Below the pieces are notes generated by a model. The model was not told where the DNA came from and ran no database searches. It was given only the letters and a program-made list of their open reading frames with translations. Position numbers and translations under genes: made by a program. A stretch of 54,527 nt of DNA, taken from sequence record SRR31156797_4838; one strand, written 5' to 3'. Each line of letters opens with the position of its first letter. Position 1 is the stretch's first letter. Below are positions 30,400-41,461 of this stretch, in pieces.

Positions 30400-30643
30400 G
30401 AATTGTCTACTCTTGTTTTGCTTATGGGGAGCGCTTTAATAGAATAATTGTTGCAGCGCAAGTTAGTCGAGCCTGATACTTACTTGAGTTACTCAGAGAT
30501 AGAAATACTTTTTTGGTAACTGTTCTGGAACACCCCGCGGAGCCTGCACTTATCTCTGTGTACAGCCAGGCAGGAAAACATACCAATACTCTAGTTATCC
30601 AACCTGCTGTCTCTTTTGTTGGCGGGCCATAGATGGCTGCACT

Positions 30644-32110
30644 TTAGTCCAAGGACCAATGCGATTTCGGAGCAGTCCCAATGTTGATCACTCCAATTTG
30701 GTTGCCCATCCGAGTTTGAACAGCTGGAGAAATCATCTCCTTTGAAAAAAGGAGGATATTCAGAGAGCCGCCAAAAAAGAAGTTGCCTAATTTGGTATTT
30801 CCTTTCTGCACCTTTCCGCCGACATCGAAACAGTTCACATGGTCGGTGTGTTTGCTATCGCAAGTGTTCAACACTACCGAACCGACAGAATTCAGGCCGA
30901 CTGGAATTGAGGCTAAATAGCCGGTCTTTTTTTTGGGTCTTTCGTTTGGAGCATTATCATATTCCATCTTGATGACAATGACGCCGCGCTGAAAAGCCTG
31001 AAACTGACTGAAATCAGTTCCTGGACGTCCCACGTTTCCATCGGACGGCACCCAGTTAGGAAAATCAGGGTAACCAAAAGTGCTTGGTGTGCCAGGAGTA
31101 CCTGTCTTGACAACCTCCGCATGAATGACTGTACCGTCTACGGGAGCATGGAAGTGGTGGTAGGTGTTCGGCATCAACACGCAGGTTAGACCGCTTCCGC
31201 CAACAAATTTTTCTTTTATGTCTTCTGGAACAGTGCCGAGCATGTCGTTTACTGAAATCGGAATATCTTTAACATCAAGCACCGTATCAAGTTGGAGTGG
31301 ATTTTCGATATAGCTACGTTCGTAGGTATGTGGAGATTTTTCCACTTGCTGAACCAGAGGGTTCATGATGCAGTCCGTGGGAGAGACGACCACATAGTCT
31401 CTATCCGACATGGTGACTGGGCGGCTGGGGTAAGAACCATCCTTGTCGCTTTGTAAATTACGGGCAAAGAAATCGTTCCAACTTGTATAATCCGTTGCTG
31501 TTGTCTTCTGGTAATCATTAATCTCAATGCGCGGATCTTTAACCCATTTATCGACAACTTTTGCGGATTCTTTGCTGTTCATATAGCTCAAATATTCTTC
31601 ATTCCATTTGGAAAGGAAAGTTGGCCCTGTTTCCAGTGTGTTGCCCGGAGACATAGGATCGCGTCCTTGAACAAAATCCTGACCTGCAGGGTTCTGGTAA
31701 TATATCCATGCAAAATATAAAATTGGATCAAGAGCATTGTCTGCTCCCCCTTTGATTTCTGGAAGGGCTGTGCACCATTGCTTGAACATCTCCCCCATCA
31801 TCTGGTGCATTCCCTTGCCGCTCCCTGCAGCCTTCCATGGGTTCGCTGCAGACCCTTTGTACAGGTAGCCAGGGGGGAGGTCTGTTAAGCCGGCATAAAC
31901 CCTATCAAATGCTTTTCTGGTTGCTTGATCAGAACTATATTGGAATTTTAGGTATTGCAAAGAACTGCTGCAAGGTGATTTTTCCGGCTGGCTGACTGTG
32001 TAATGACTCGATGATATTTGCTTTTCATCGTGAACCGCATTGTCTTTTGGTTGCGTTGCACAACCAACCAATAAAGAAACTGATAAAAGCATCAATATGA
32101 TTTTTGGCAT
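30644..32110 (-). CDS. Phosphatidylserine-decarboxylase-family proenzyme with a lipoprotein signal
   Basis: SWNDFFAR, SPTD, YHHFHAPVDG and FFFGGS (autocleavage Ser). N-terminal LLVGC lipobox and GGAGG SD. Confidence 0.82.
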   Translation of the reverse strand: MPKIILMLLSVSLLVGCATQPKDNAVHDEKQISSSHYTVSQPEKSPCSSSLQYLKFQYSSDQATRKAFDRVYAGLTDLPPGYLYKGSAANPWKAAGSGKGMHQMMGEMFKQWCTALPEIKGGADNALDPILYFAWIYYQNPAGQDFVQGRDPMSPGNTLETGPTFLSKWNEEYLSYMNSKESAKVVDKWVKDPRIEINDYQKTTATDYTSWNDFFARNLQSDKDGSYPSRPVTMSDRDYVVVSPTDCIMNPLVQQVEKSPHTYERSYIENPLQLDTVLDVKDIPISVNDMLGTVPEDIKEKFVGGSGLTCVLMPNTYHHFHAPVDGTVIHAEVVKTGTPGTPSTFGYPDFPNWVPSDGNVGRPGTDFSQFQAFQRGVIVIKMEYDNAPNERPKKKTGYLASIPVGLNSVGSVVLNTCDSKHTDHVNCFDVGGKVQKGNTKLGNFFFGGSLNILLFSKEMISPAVQTRMGNQIGVINIGTAPKSHWSLD

Positions 32111-32427
32111 ATGCTTACCTCCATTTTCTTCTACCAAATTGTTATACAAGCTTGGATACCTTACATATTAACATGTTTTTTATTCGTTATTGCTGCAAAG
32201 TATGAGCCATTACGTCATGAAGAAATCTGAAGGGCTATTGCTAGGCGTGACGGGCAATTCGGGGGAGAGGGCCCAGGAGGGCAATTGTGAATTTGGTTGA
32301 TATGAACCAAAAGAGGTGGTCCATATCAACCAGAAACCAAAAAAAGTATTATGTACTCAAAAAATGGTTCGTTACTCCTTTTTTGGTGATGAGTTCCAGC
32401 TTTGTAGTTCTTGATATGTACGTCAAG

Positions 32428-34389
32428 TTAGGAAGCATCCAGGGCTTTGCGTACCGCTTTAAGCAAAGTTTTTACAGCAAGTGGTTTCATAAGTAATGCT
32501 TTGGCCCCGGTCTTTTTGATAGTGTCTTCATTGAGTAAAGCACTGTGTCCCGTACAGATAATGATTGGGGTGCCTGGACGAAGCTGAAGAATTTTTTCAG
32601 CCAAGATATTTCCCGGCATTTCGGGCATGGTTTGATCAGTAATAATCAGGTTGTACAAATGTGGTGCAGCTTTAAAAATATTGAGAGCGTCAACGGGCGA
32701 AGTCGTCGCCGTCACCGTGTATCCATAAGCTTGCAGAGCTTCTTTGCCCAACTCAGCTAGAATGGCCTCGTCATCGACCAAGAGAATTTTTTCCGTACCC
32801 TGTGTGCTGATAGGGGATGATTTTTTTACTTGAGGCTTTGCTAGCGGCTTAGGCAATAATGGGAAAAAAATATCAAAGGTAGTTCCTTGCTCTATATCGC
32901 TCTGGACCTTAATTGCTCCACCGTGACTTTGAACAACACCATGTACCACAGCGAGTCCCATGCCCGTACCTTTTCCTTGTTCTTTTGTAGTGAAGAACGG
33001 TTCAAAAACCCTGTCTAATATCTCCGTTGGTATTCCTGCCCCTGTATCGGCAATAGAGAGCTGAACATATTTTCCAGGGCTCAGGTTGGGCGTTTTGGCA
33101 GCAGCAATGGAATCTATTTCGACTTTTCTTAAATTTATGCTGATTGTACCTCTACAATCTGGCATCGCGTGATAGGCATTTGTGCAGAGGTTCATGATAA
33201 CCTGATGGATTTGAGTTGGGTCTCCCATCACTGTATCAAGGTTGCTGTCAATGTCTAGTTGAAAGGAAATTGTTGTAGGGATAGTTTTTTTGAGAAGATT
33301 TATAGCTTCCAGGAGAACTTCATCGATTTTGATGGGTGAGCAATGGCCTTCCCCTTTTCTGCTGAAAGTGAGAATTTGGTTGACCAGTTCTTTTGCTCTC
33401 TCGACAGCCACAATGATCCGTTCGAGGCTTTTTCTATTTTTTTTGGGATCACTTTCCAGGCGAGATAATGTTAGTTCGGTGTAACCGAGGATTGCTGCAA
33501 GAATGTTGTTGAAATCGTGGGCGATCCCTCCTGCCAATCGGCCGATTGATTCCATCTTTTGGGATTGCCTGAGTTGTTCTTCCAGGTGCCTGCGCTCTGT
33601 GAGGTCGATACCCACTCCAGCCAGCATTGGACCTTCCGGTGCTTCAATTCTGACTCCTGTGAGCAGAAAAGGAATTTCCGTTCCGTTTTTGTGAAGGAGG
33701 CTACTTTCCACGGCATCCAGGTTTACTCCATCTTCTATAATTCCCCTGGAAGCGGTGACAGCAAGTTCGCGTCCTTCTTTACTGGCATGCCACTCTCCCA
33801 GGAATCTTCCGTTGATCTCTGCAGCGGAATAACCCATTAATGTTTCATGGTTTTTGTTCCAGCGCCTTAACTGCAAGTTCGAGTCGTAGAGGTAAAATAT
33901 TCCAGGCAGGCTGTTTATAAGCTGATCAACAAAATGTTTTTCCTGAAGCAAGGCCATTTCAGCTGCTTTTCTACGGCTAATATCGACTGCTGTGCCAAGG
34001 TATCCATTAAGCCTCCCTGTTTCATCACGCATTTCACTGATAGCAAGGTTGACGGTCAGCCTTGAACCGTCTTTCCTTATGTAGGTCCATTCACGCTCAT
34101 CAACTTTTGTACCATCGGCCTCTGCAACGAAAACTTCAAACCCCTGTACTGGAAAACCAAGAATTCTCTCAAGTTCATTGCCTCGAGCTTCCACCTCATC
34201 CTTATCGTGAAATTGAAGAGGAGTAATTTTGCCAACAGTCTCCTTACTGGAATAGCCAAGCATCAATTCTGAACCACGACTAAATCCTGTAATTATTCCT
34301 TTAGGGTTAACAGTAATGAGGGATAAGCTCAGTGCTGAGTCTAAAACCATCTGCAAATTATTAGGTTCGTTTGGTGATGATTTAGCCAT
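32428..34389 (-). CDS. Cytoplasmic PAS-PAS hybrid histidine kinase
   Basis: Two PAS/PAC domains, [23 protein letters not shown] and REC (ITDQTMP). No TM segment. Confidence 0.93.
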   Translation of the reverse strand: MAKSSPNEPNNLQMVLDSALSLSLITVNPKGIITGFSRGSELMLGYSSKETVGKITPLQFHDKDEVEARGNELERILGFPVQGFEVFVAEADGTKVDEREWTYIRKDGSRLTVNLAISEMRDETGRLNGYLGTAVDISRRKAAEMALLQEKHFVDQLINSLPGIFYLYDSNLQLRRWNKNHETLMGYSAAEINGRFLGEWHASKEGRELAVTASRGIIEDGVNLDAVESSLLHKNGTEIPFLLTGVRIEAPEGPMLAGVGIDLTERRHLEEQLRQSQKMESIGRLAGGIAHDFNNILAAILGYTELTLSRLESDPKKNRKSLERIIVAVERAKELVNQILTFSRKGEGHCSPIKIDEVLLEAINLLKKTIPTTISFQLDIDSNLDTVMGDPTQIHQVIMNLCTNAYHAMPDCRGTISINLRKVEIDSIAAAKTPNLSPGKYVQLSIADTGAGIPTEILDRVFEPFFTTKEQGKGTGMGLAVVHGVVQSHGGAIKVQSDIEQGTTFDIFFPLLPKPLAKPQVKKSSPISTQGTEKILLVDDEAILAELGKEALQAYGYTVTATTSPVDALNIFKAAPHLYNLIITDQTMPEMPGNILAEKILQLRPGTPIIICTGHSALLNEDTIKKTGAKALLMKPLAVKTLLKAVRKALDAS

Positions 34390-34794
34390 ACTCTCTCACT
34401 CTGTATGAGTCTGTTGGCACAACATGATTTATAAGAAGATATTGATTGTATAATCAGTATGCCACGCCAAAGATCACGATTCAAGAGTTAGCACAAGGGG
34501 TGGACGCTATTGCTCTCGATTATTCTTTATTAAGGAATTATACCCCTGTTTATTCAAGGTGGATTCCTAACAAGACCATGACTCTTTTAGAGAAGGCTGC
34601 ATTGCATTTAGCCATGTAGCTCATTGAGCAAGGTACTATTTTGCGATTTGACCACAATAATTTGTCATGCTACAAGGTGTTATTACCACCTCTTGATTCT
34701 ACTATTATAAATTATTTCACTCACATTATGAAAAGCAGGTGATCTTTTATCTGCTGGACAATGTGTTCTGGCACCTCATAGGTCTCGTACTGTC

Positions 34795-35913
34795 ATGAAG
34801 AAAATCACTTTATTGCTCGTTGTTTTCTCTTTTTCACTGTTATCAGGGTTGTTCAACGAAACTTTTGCAGCTGAAAAAATTGCGTGGTTTAAAAGTGGCG
34901 CAAGTTCTCGCTTTTGGCCAGTTGTAGAGCGTATTATGTCTGCCGCCGCGAAGGACTTGGGAATGGATTTACAGATTTACGAGTTTGAGAACGATCCGTT
35001 TTACATGGTGACAATGGTAAAAAAGGTGCTTGAAGATCCGTCGACCAAGCCGGATTGTATTCTTATTCACAATTTTAAAAAGAGAGGCCCTAAAGTATTA
35101 CAACTGGCTGAAGAGGCTGGGGTACCTATTTTTATTTTTAATGCTGGATTTGATCCCTCATCTGGTGTTGGCCAACCTCGAGAAAAATTTGTTTATTGGA
35201 TTGGTCAAATGTTGCCTGATGATGAATATGCAGGATATTTACTTGCCCAAGAGCTCATTCAAAAAGCATATACGCTCGAGAAAAATCAGTCAAAATCAAT
35301 TGAAATGGTTGCCTTGGAGGGAAACAGGACTTCTGAAGCATCAAACAAAAGAGTGGCTGGTTTGAAAAGAGCGCTAGGCGAACATCCTGGGGTTGTGATG
35401 AATCAATATTTTCATTCAAAATGGAAATATGATTTAGCTCAGGAAGCACTGCGAGTTACATTTCGTCGCTATCCGAATACATCTCTCATATGGTCGGCCA
35501 GTGAAGGCATGGCAATAGGAGCAATAGAAGCTGCAACGCAGCATGGGCTGGTGCCGGGAAAGGATTTAGTTATCGGAGGGTTCGACCTGTTACCAGAGAA
35601 TAAAAAGTTTCTTGAATCAGATGAAATAGCGGTGAGTGTTGGCGGCCATTACTTTGAAGGGGCCTGGGCGCTTGTGTTGATACATGACTATCTCCATGGG
35701 ATCGACTTTGGGACAGATGAGGGGACTTCTTTTACCACAAAAATGACTTCACAAACTAAACAAGATCTTTCGACTTTTAACGATATATATGCCGTTTTGT
35801 CGGAATCTTCACTCGATGGGTTGAATTTTGACACTTTGTCAAAAGAACGTAACCCGAAACGTAAGAAATACGATTTTGATCTTGAATCATTTTTGAAAAA
35901 CTCTGTCCGTTAA
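34795..35913 (+). CDS. Periplasmic binding protein (type I, sugar-binding fold)
   Basis: Signal peptide, WIGQMLPDDEYAGY, IWSASEGMAIGA and SVGGHYFEG motifs. Confidence 0.85.
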   Translation: MKKITLLLVVFSFSLLSGLFNETFAAEKIAWFKSGASSRFWPVVERIMSAAAKDLGMDLQIYEFENDPFYMVTMVKKVLEDPSTKPDCILIHNFKKRGPKVLQLAEEAGVPIFIFNAGFDPSSGVGQPREKFVYWIGQMLPDDEYAGYLLAQELIQKAYTLEKNQSKSIEMVALEGNRTSEASNKRVAGLKRALGEHPGVVMNQYFHSKWKYDLAQEALRVTFRRYPNTSLIWSASEGMAIGAIEAATQHGLVPGKDLVIGGFDLLPENKKFLESDEIAVSVGGHYFEGAWALVLIHDYLHGIDFGTDEGTSFTTKMTSQTKQDLSTFNDIYAVLSESSLDGLNFDTLSKERNPKRKKYDFDLESFLKNSVR

Positions 35914-35924
35914 AGAGACCTGAG

Positions 35925-38339
35925 ATGGCAGATTTTCCTTCTGATACAGGAAGAGGCTCAATTGCAAGCACACTCCTGAAAAAAGTTTTTTTCATCTATA
36001 TAGTCTGTGCTGCAATTATCACGGCCTCCCATCTATATTTGGAATACCAGCGTGTAAAGCAAGGTGTGATAGGGGAGCTGAACATTATGTATTCCACTTT
36101 TGCAAAACCACTGGGGATTGCCCTCTGGAATGCTGATATGGAACAGATAAGCTCCTTGGTGGAAGGGGTGGTGGCTCCGAATTATGTCTTAGGAGTATGC
36201 ATTACAGAGGCTGAAGGTGGGCATATTGCAAAGTCCGGTACGATCATTGACGATCTAAAGTCTGGTGCGGTTGAGGATCGATATGGTGCGCGTATACATG
36301 GAGCGGGCAATCAGCAAGATCTTTTTGGATATAAGTATCCTATCAGTTACTCTGAATCAGCTGCGCCTCATTACCTTGGGTATATTACTCTGTTTACAAG
36401 TGAATTTATTATCTTTGACAGGATTAAGTACCAGCTCTTTTACATAATACTGACCGCATCTCTAAAGGCCTGTATCCTTTGGTTCGGTTTTCTTTGGTAC
36501 GGTAAAAGGTTATTGAGTCAACCTCTTGCACGACTTGCTGAGAAGGCTGGCGAGGTCTCCACAGATAATTTGCAGCAAATTGATTTGTCTTTTGAAGACA
36601 ATCACAGGAATGAAGTAACTGATTTACACTATGCGTTTAACAAGATGGTCAATAATTTAAAAGAGGGAGTGTTGGTCCAAAAACGACTCTATTCTGAACT
36701 AAATGCTTACAAAATTAATCTTGAACAATTGGTTGGTGAGCGAACCGGGGAACTGCAGAAGAGTAATAAAGAACTGCATGAGCAGATAAGAGAACGCAAG
36801 GATGCGGAGGATACCGCCAATCGTTATGGCAGGATACTGGAAGAATCATTAAATGAGATATATGTTTTTGATTCAGAAACTTATGCGTTGGTTTTGGTTA
36901 ATGAAGGTGCCAGGTGTAACCTGGGTTATTCTGAGGAAGAATTTGAGGGACTAACTATCGACGCAATAGTCCCGTTTTTTACCCAAGCAGGCATTGAAAG
37001 GGACCTGTTAGCTTTGAAAAATTGTCACGAAGAACGCCTTGTTTTTGATACTGTTCATAAACGGAAGGATTCCTCGACGTATGCGGTTGAAGCGCATTTG
37101 CAGTGCATGAAGTTGGGGGGACAAACAGTATTTGTAGCTATAGTGCTCGATGTTTCTGAGAAAAGAATTTTAGAGGAACATCTCCGGCAATCACAGAAAA
37201 TGGAGGCGATCGGGACGCTTGCTGGAGGTGTTGCTCATGATTTCAATAATTTACTGATGGGGGTGCAGGGGCGTGCGGCGATTGTGGCAGATGATCCGAA
37301 CATAACGGCTCAAAACCACATGCATATTGTGGAAATTGAGAAATATGTTGATAAAGCAAAAAAATTGACCCACCAGTTACTTGGAATCGCACGAGGGGGG
37401 CAGTACAATCCAAAACCTACCAGCCTGCATGAGCTGGTGACAGAAAGTGCATCCATGTTTGGCAGGACACGAAAAGAAATCCATATTGTGACTGTGGCCG
37501 ACAATAAAGAGGTGGTAGTTAATGTTGATCGCCAGCAGATTGAACATGTTTTATTGAATATTTTTCTGAATGCCTGGCAGGCCATGAGTTCGGGTGGAGA
37601 AATACAACTCAGAACTGAAATGGTCTTTTTAGAGGAGAGTGAAACTAAACCTCATAATCAGCCCTCAGGTTTCTATGGTAAAATTTCGATCACTGATAAC
37701 GGGTCTGGTATAGAAGCGTCGATCCTCAATCAAATCTTTAATCCTTTCTTCACAACAAAAGAAAGGGGGCATGGTACCGGTCTCGGGCTTGCTTCTGCCT
37801 ATGGGATTATTAAGAACCATAATGGTTTTATAGTGGCTGAAAGTGAGGTGGGTGTCGGCACTACATTTTCGATTTTTTTACCAGTATCGGAGAAAGCTGT
37901 CGTACAAGAGGAATTACCTGAGGCTGATTTCGAACAAGGTGAAGGCGTTGTGCTGTTGATTGATGACGAGCAAATGATCCTTGATGTAGCTGGAGCTATG
38001 CTTGAAGGGCTCGATTATACAGTAATAACCGCTCAGGGAGGCGAGCAGGGGTTAGAGAGGCTTAAGCATCAAGGTGGTGAAGTTGATCTTGTAGTACTTG
38101 ACCTTGTCATGCCTGGGTTGGGAGGGAGAGAGACGTTTGAACGCATAAGGGCGAAGTACCCAGAAAAACCGATCCTTATCTCAAGCGGTTATGCAATAGA
38201 TAGCGAGGCAAAGTTTCTGCTCCGCAAGGGAAAAAGCAACTTCATACAAAAACCTTTTGGGATATCGGAGTTAGCGCGCGCAGTAGAGGAAATGCTTCAA
38301 ATGAGTTCACCGGGTATTGATTTTCAGGAGAGGGAGTAG
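35925..38339 (+). CDS. Membrane hybrid histidine kinase (TM-HAMP-PAS-HK-REC)
   Basis: Two TMs, HAMP, PAS, VAHDFNN, GTGLGL and REC (VLDLVMP). Starts 11 bp after the binding-protein gene. Confidence 0.92.
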   Translation: MADFPSDTGRGSIASTLLKKVFFIYIVCAAIITASHLYLEYQRVKQGVIGELNIMYSTFAKPLGIALWNADMEQISSLVEGVVAPNYVLGVCITEAEGGHIAKSGTIIDDLKSGAVEDRYGARIHGAGNQQDLFGYKYPISYSESAAPHYLGYITLFTSEFIIFDRIKYQLFYIILTASLKACILWFGFLWYGKRLLSQPLARLAEKAGEVSTDNLQQIDLSFEDNHRNEVTDLHYAFNKMVNNLKEGVLVQKRLYSELNAYKINLEQLVGERTGELQKSNKELHEQIRERKDAEDTANRYGRILEESLNEIYVFDSETYALVLVNEGARCNLGYSEEEFEGLTIDAIVPFFTQAGIERDLLALKNCHEERLVFDTVHKRKDSSTYAVEAHLQCMKLGGQTVFVAIVLDVSEKRILEEHLRQSQKMEAIGTLAGGVAHDFNNLLMGVQGRAAIVADDPNITAQNHMHIVEIEKYVDKAKKLTHQLLGIARGGQYNPKPTSLHELVTESASMFGRTRKEIHIVTVADNKEVVVNVDRQQIEHVLLNIFLNAWQAMSSGGEIQLRTEMVFLEESETKPHNQPSGFYGKISITDNGSGIEASILNQIFNPFFTTKERGHGTGLGLASAYGIIKNHNGFIVAESEVGVGTTFSIFLPVSEKAVVQEELPEADFEQGEGVVLLIDDEQMILDVAGAMLEGLDYTVITAQGGEQGLERLKHQGGEVDLVVLDLVMPGLGGRETFERIRAKYPEKPILISSGYAIDSEAKFLLRKGKSNFIQKPFGISELARAVEEMLQMSSPGIDFQERE

Positions 38340-38412
38340 CACAAAATACTTTTTCCCATGGTCTTATTCCACTTCATCTGAGTCTCTCTATAGGTAGGGG
38401 CTTGCATTGCCG

Positions 38413-39339
38413 TCACTTCTTTTTCTTAGGATGGAATAATTTCAAAAATTGTCTTGGAATACCGGTGTCAAAACGGTGTACTTCGCCGGTTCTTGGATGG
38501 GTGAAGGCAAGCACCTGAGCGTGCAGTCCCATGCGTCCGATGGGATTGCAACTTGAGCCATATTTCTTATCACCGATGATGGGATGCTGTATATCCTGCA
38601 TGTGGACCCTAATCTGGTGTTTCCTGCCTGTTTCCAGATTAATCTGCAGCAGCGAAAAATTGTTGTTTCCCTGTGTCTTTTTGTAATGGGTAACCGCTTT
38701 TTTGCCAAGATTCTGGTTCTGTGAAGAATAGACAATAAACGCCTTGCTTTCGGTCAACCACGAGGTGATTGTTTTCTCCGGTGGAGTTACTTCTCCTTCT
38801 ACTATACCTACATAGGTTCGTTGACTAATGGTTTCGTTCCAGGTTTCCTGAATCTCACGTTTGACGTGTTCACTTCTGGCAAACATAAGAAGACCGGATG
38901 TTTCCCGATCAATCCTGTGGATGATGAAAATTTTGTTCTCAGGATCCTCTGTTTTAACGTACTTGCTCAGTATCGAATAGGCTGTTCTACGTTTTTCTTT
39001 ATCCGTGGCAATTGTCAAGAGGCCTGCAGGCTTATTGATGATAATAAGGTCCTGGTCGATATAAATGATGTTCAGCTCACGAGGATGTTTTTCCTGTATA
39101 ATTCGATCCCAAAGTACTTCAACCTGTTGCCCTGGAAGAAGAGCATGATCAAATTGGGTGACAGTTTCTCCATCAACTGACACTTGCCTGTCCTTAAGCA
39201 CTGCTTTGAGAACTTTTCGTTTTTTATGAGGTATATTGGTAAGAAGGCTGGCAAGAAGCGTATCCTTTTTCTCAACCGTATACGAGGAGAGGTTCTTTTT
39301 TTTCTTTTGGGAAGGGCTACGATCCTTGTTGTCTTTCAT
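38413..39339 (-). CDS. RluA-family pseudouridine synthase (start uncertain)
   Basis: INKPAGL, HRIDRETSG (catalytic Asp), TGRKHQIRVH, IIGDKKYG and LHA motifs. Confidence 0.93.
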   Translation of the reverse strand: MKDNKDRSPSQKKKKNLSSYTVEKKDTLLASLLTNIPHKKRKVLKAVLKDRQVSVDGETVTQFDHALLPGQQVEVLWDRIIQEKHPRELNIIYIDQDLIIINKPAGLLTIATDKEKRRTAYSILSKYVKTEDPENKIFIIHRIDRETSGLLMFARSEHVKREIQETWNETISQRTYVGIVEGEVTPPEKTITSWLTESKAFIVYSSQNQNLGKKAVTHYKKTQGNNNFSLLQINLETGRKHQIRVHMQDIQHPIIGDKKYGSSCNPIGRMGLHAQVLAFTHPRTGEVHRFDTGIPRQFLKLFHPKKKK

Positions 39340-39840
39340 CAATTTCACGAGGTAAAAGTGTTCTGGTTTTGATTGGTTGCAGGTTTCTATTAACGTGTAT
39401 TCAGTATACTCCTTTTTTGTTTTGAAATCTTTACTATTTCCCCTAGACGCTCTCCTGCACTCTTTTTTAGTGGACCTTTTAATAATCATTTTCACGACGG
39501 ATTACAGTATCGCTTGTGGTTGATGCTCCATCTGACGAGAGGCGTCTTCTCACTCTATTATCTGGGATTCTTCTGTGTATGTTCATTTTATGGAGGGTAG
39601 TATAATCGACTAAATTCACATTGAAAATCCCCATGATAAGTGCGCTTTGTATCAGTATTTCCTGTTTGACATATCGAAAGTGCCTATAGTATTTATTTCT
39701 CTGCCAAATGATACCTCTTGCGAGATACACTTTTGCCTGATCAATCATAGCCCAACTGAAATTTACCACCTGTAATTATATTTTTATTTGTGTATTGAGA
39801 CCGGATTAAGCAATGTTGCATCTTAAGAGACAGTAAGCAA

Positions 39841-40320
39841 ATGAGAGTGATGGACTGGTTGTATACACTTTGTCGATGGATACTAGGGGGCATATTCATT
39901 TATGCAGGTACCACGAAACTGTTGGATACTGAAATGTTTGCTGCCTTGATCGATGCCTATGGAGTCGCCCCCGATAGCCTAGTTATGCCAATCGCAATTA
40001 CGTTGCCAGTGTTGGAAGTGATGGCCGGAGTCGGCCTGCTGTTCGATATTCGTGGAAGTCTGGCTTTGATTACTGGTCTGTTGCTGCTGTTCATTGTCAT
40101 ACTTTGGTACGCTATTTGGTTAGGGCTGGATGTTGATTGTGGTTGCTTTGGGCCTGAAGACATTGAAGCTAAAGCTTTTCACGGGCTCTGGCTGTCTTTG
40201 TTTCGGGACATGGTCATGTTAAGTGGAGCCGGTTTTATATATGGTTGGCGTTGGTTTCGGAAAATTTTACCGGTAAGAACTATGGATACCGTGAACACAT
40301 TGTTTAATAAAAGGAGATAA
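39841..40320 (+). CDS. MauE/DoxX family redox-associated membrane protein
   Basis: FIYAGTTKL, LPVLE and GLDVDCGCFG motifs. Confidence 0.88.
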   Translation: MRVMDWLYTLCRWILGGIFIYAGTTKLLDTEMFAALIDAYGVAPDSLVMPIAITLPVLEVMAGVGLLFDIRGSLALITGLLLLFIVILWYAIWLGLDVDCGCFGPEDIEAKAFHGLWLSLFRDMVMLSGAGFIYGWRWFRKILPVRTMDTVNTLFNKRR

Positions 40321-40324
40321 AGAA

Positions 40325-40861
40325 ATGCGTATGGGGCAATTATTATTAAAAACGATGGTAGTCGTTTGTCTGGTGGGTGGAATGGTCTCTCCTGCCGCGG
40401 CATTTTTGGGCGACAAATTTAAAAAAGAACAGGAAAAAGAAAGCGGTGCGGTGAAATTGGTTCGGGAAGTTCAGCGTGGCGGGTACGATGTGGTTGCTAC
40501 CGAAGAACTAAAAAAATGGATTGATGATGGACAAGACATACTCATAGTCGATACAATGCCATTCGCTGCCAGTTACCAGAAACAGCATGTGCCAGGTGCG
40601 GTTCAGTTTTTGTTTCCCATTCCAGACATGAATCAATGGGAAACCAAGGAAACTGACGGCAAAACACAGGAAGATTTCATGAAATTATTGGGTAATGATA
40701 AAGATAAACGTATTGTGATTTATTGTGGCTTTGTCAAATGTACCCGCAGTCATAACGGTGCAGCCTGGGCCGTTAAACTGGGTTATAAGAACGTCTATCG
40801 CTACCCTGGCGGTATTTTCGCCTGGAAAGGGGCAGACTATCCTGTTGCAAAAGCAGAATAA
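40325..40861 (+). CDS. Exported rhodanese-like protein
   Basis: Signal peptide, HVPGA, active loop YCGFVKCTRSH and YPGGIFAW. Confidence 0.88.
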   Translation: MRMGQLLLKTMVVVCLVGGMVSPAAAFLGDKFKKEQEKESGAVKLVREVQRGGYDVVATEELKKWIDDGQDILIVDTMPFAASYQKQHVPGAVQFLFPIPDMNQWETKETDGKTQEDFMKLLGNDKDKRIVIYCGFVKCTRSHNGAAWAVKLGYKNVYRYPGGIFAWKGADYPVAKAE

Positions 40862-40870
40862 GCTGTCAGA

Positions 40871-41461
40871 TTGGACAAAGTGATGTCGGAATGGAGTAAC
40901 AGGCAAAGTCCACAGGCCGAGGCGTTGATTGAACAGATCAAAAAACGCGCGGAAAACCTCTATCTCACTCGGCAATTGCTCTGTGCCGAAGCAGTTCTGG
41001 TAACCCTGAACAAAGGGTTGGATGGTGGCTTGAGTGACTCTCATGCCGTTGCCATGGCAGCACCCTTTTGCATTGCGCTGGGAAAAAGCGGTTGTGTCTG
41101 CGGTGCATTAAGTGGGGCGGTTTTGGCCTGTGGTCTACTCGGGGCAAAGGGGCAGCCTTATCATCATCGCCGAAGCATGCGCGAGAGTGCCAGGCAATTG
41201 CACGATGCTTTCAAGTCTGCCCATGGAGCAACTTGTTGTAGAGTGCTCACCCGACATGTCGAGCATGATGCAAAAGCTCATTTTCAGCAGTGTGCGAACT
41301 TGACGGCAGGTGCGGCAGAAATGGCGGCAAGGTTAATTTTATACAAGCGGCCTGAGCTTATCATATCTGCTGAAAATGGGTTTCTTCACAAACGTGATAC
41401 CAGGGTTGGCGGCGCAATGACGTGGCTGCTTCGTTTATTTTGTTCAAAAAAAAGCTTTTAA
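40871..41461 (+). CDS. C_GCAxxG_C_C family redox protein (start uncertain)
   Basis: LCAEAVL, GCVCGALSG, TCCRVL and QCANL motifs. Confidence 0.82.
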   Translation: MDKVMSEWSNRQSPQAEALIEQIKKRAENLYLTRQLLCAEAVLVTLNKGLDGGLSDSHAVAMAAPFCIALGKSGCVCGALSGAVLACGLLGAKGQPYHHRRSMRESARQLHDAFKSAHGATCCRVLTRHVEHDAKAHFQQCANLTAGAAEMAARLILYKRPELIISAENGFLHKRDTRVGGAMTWLLRLFCSKKSF

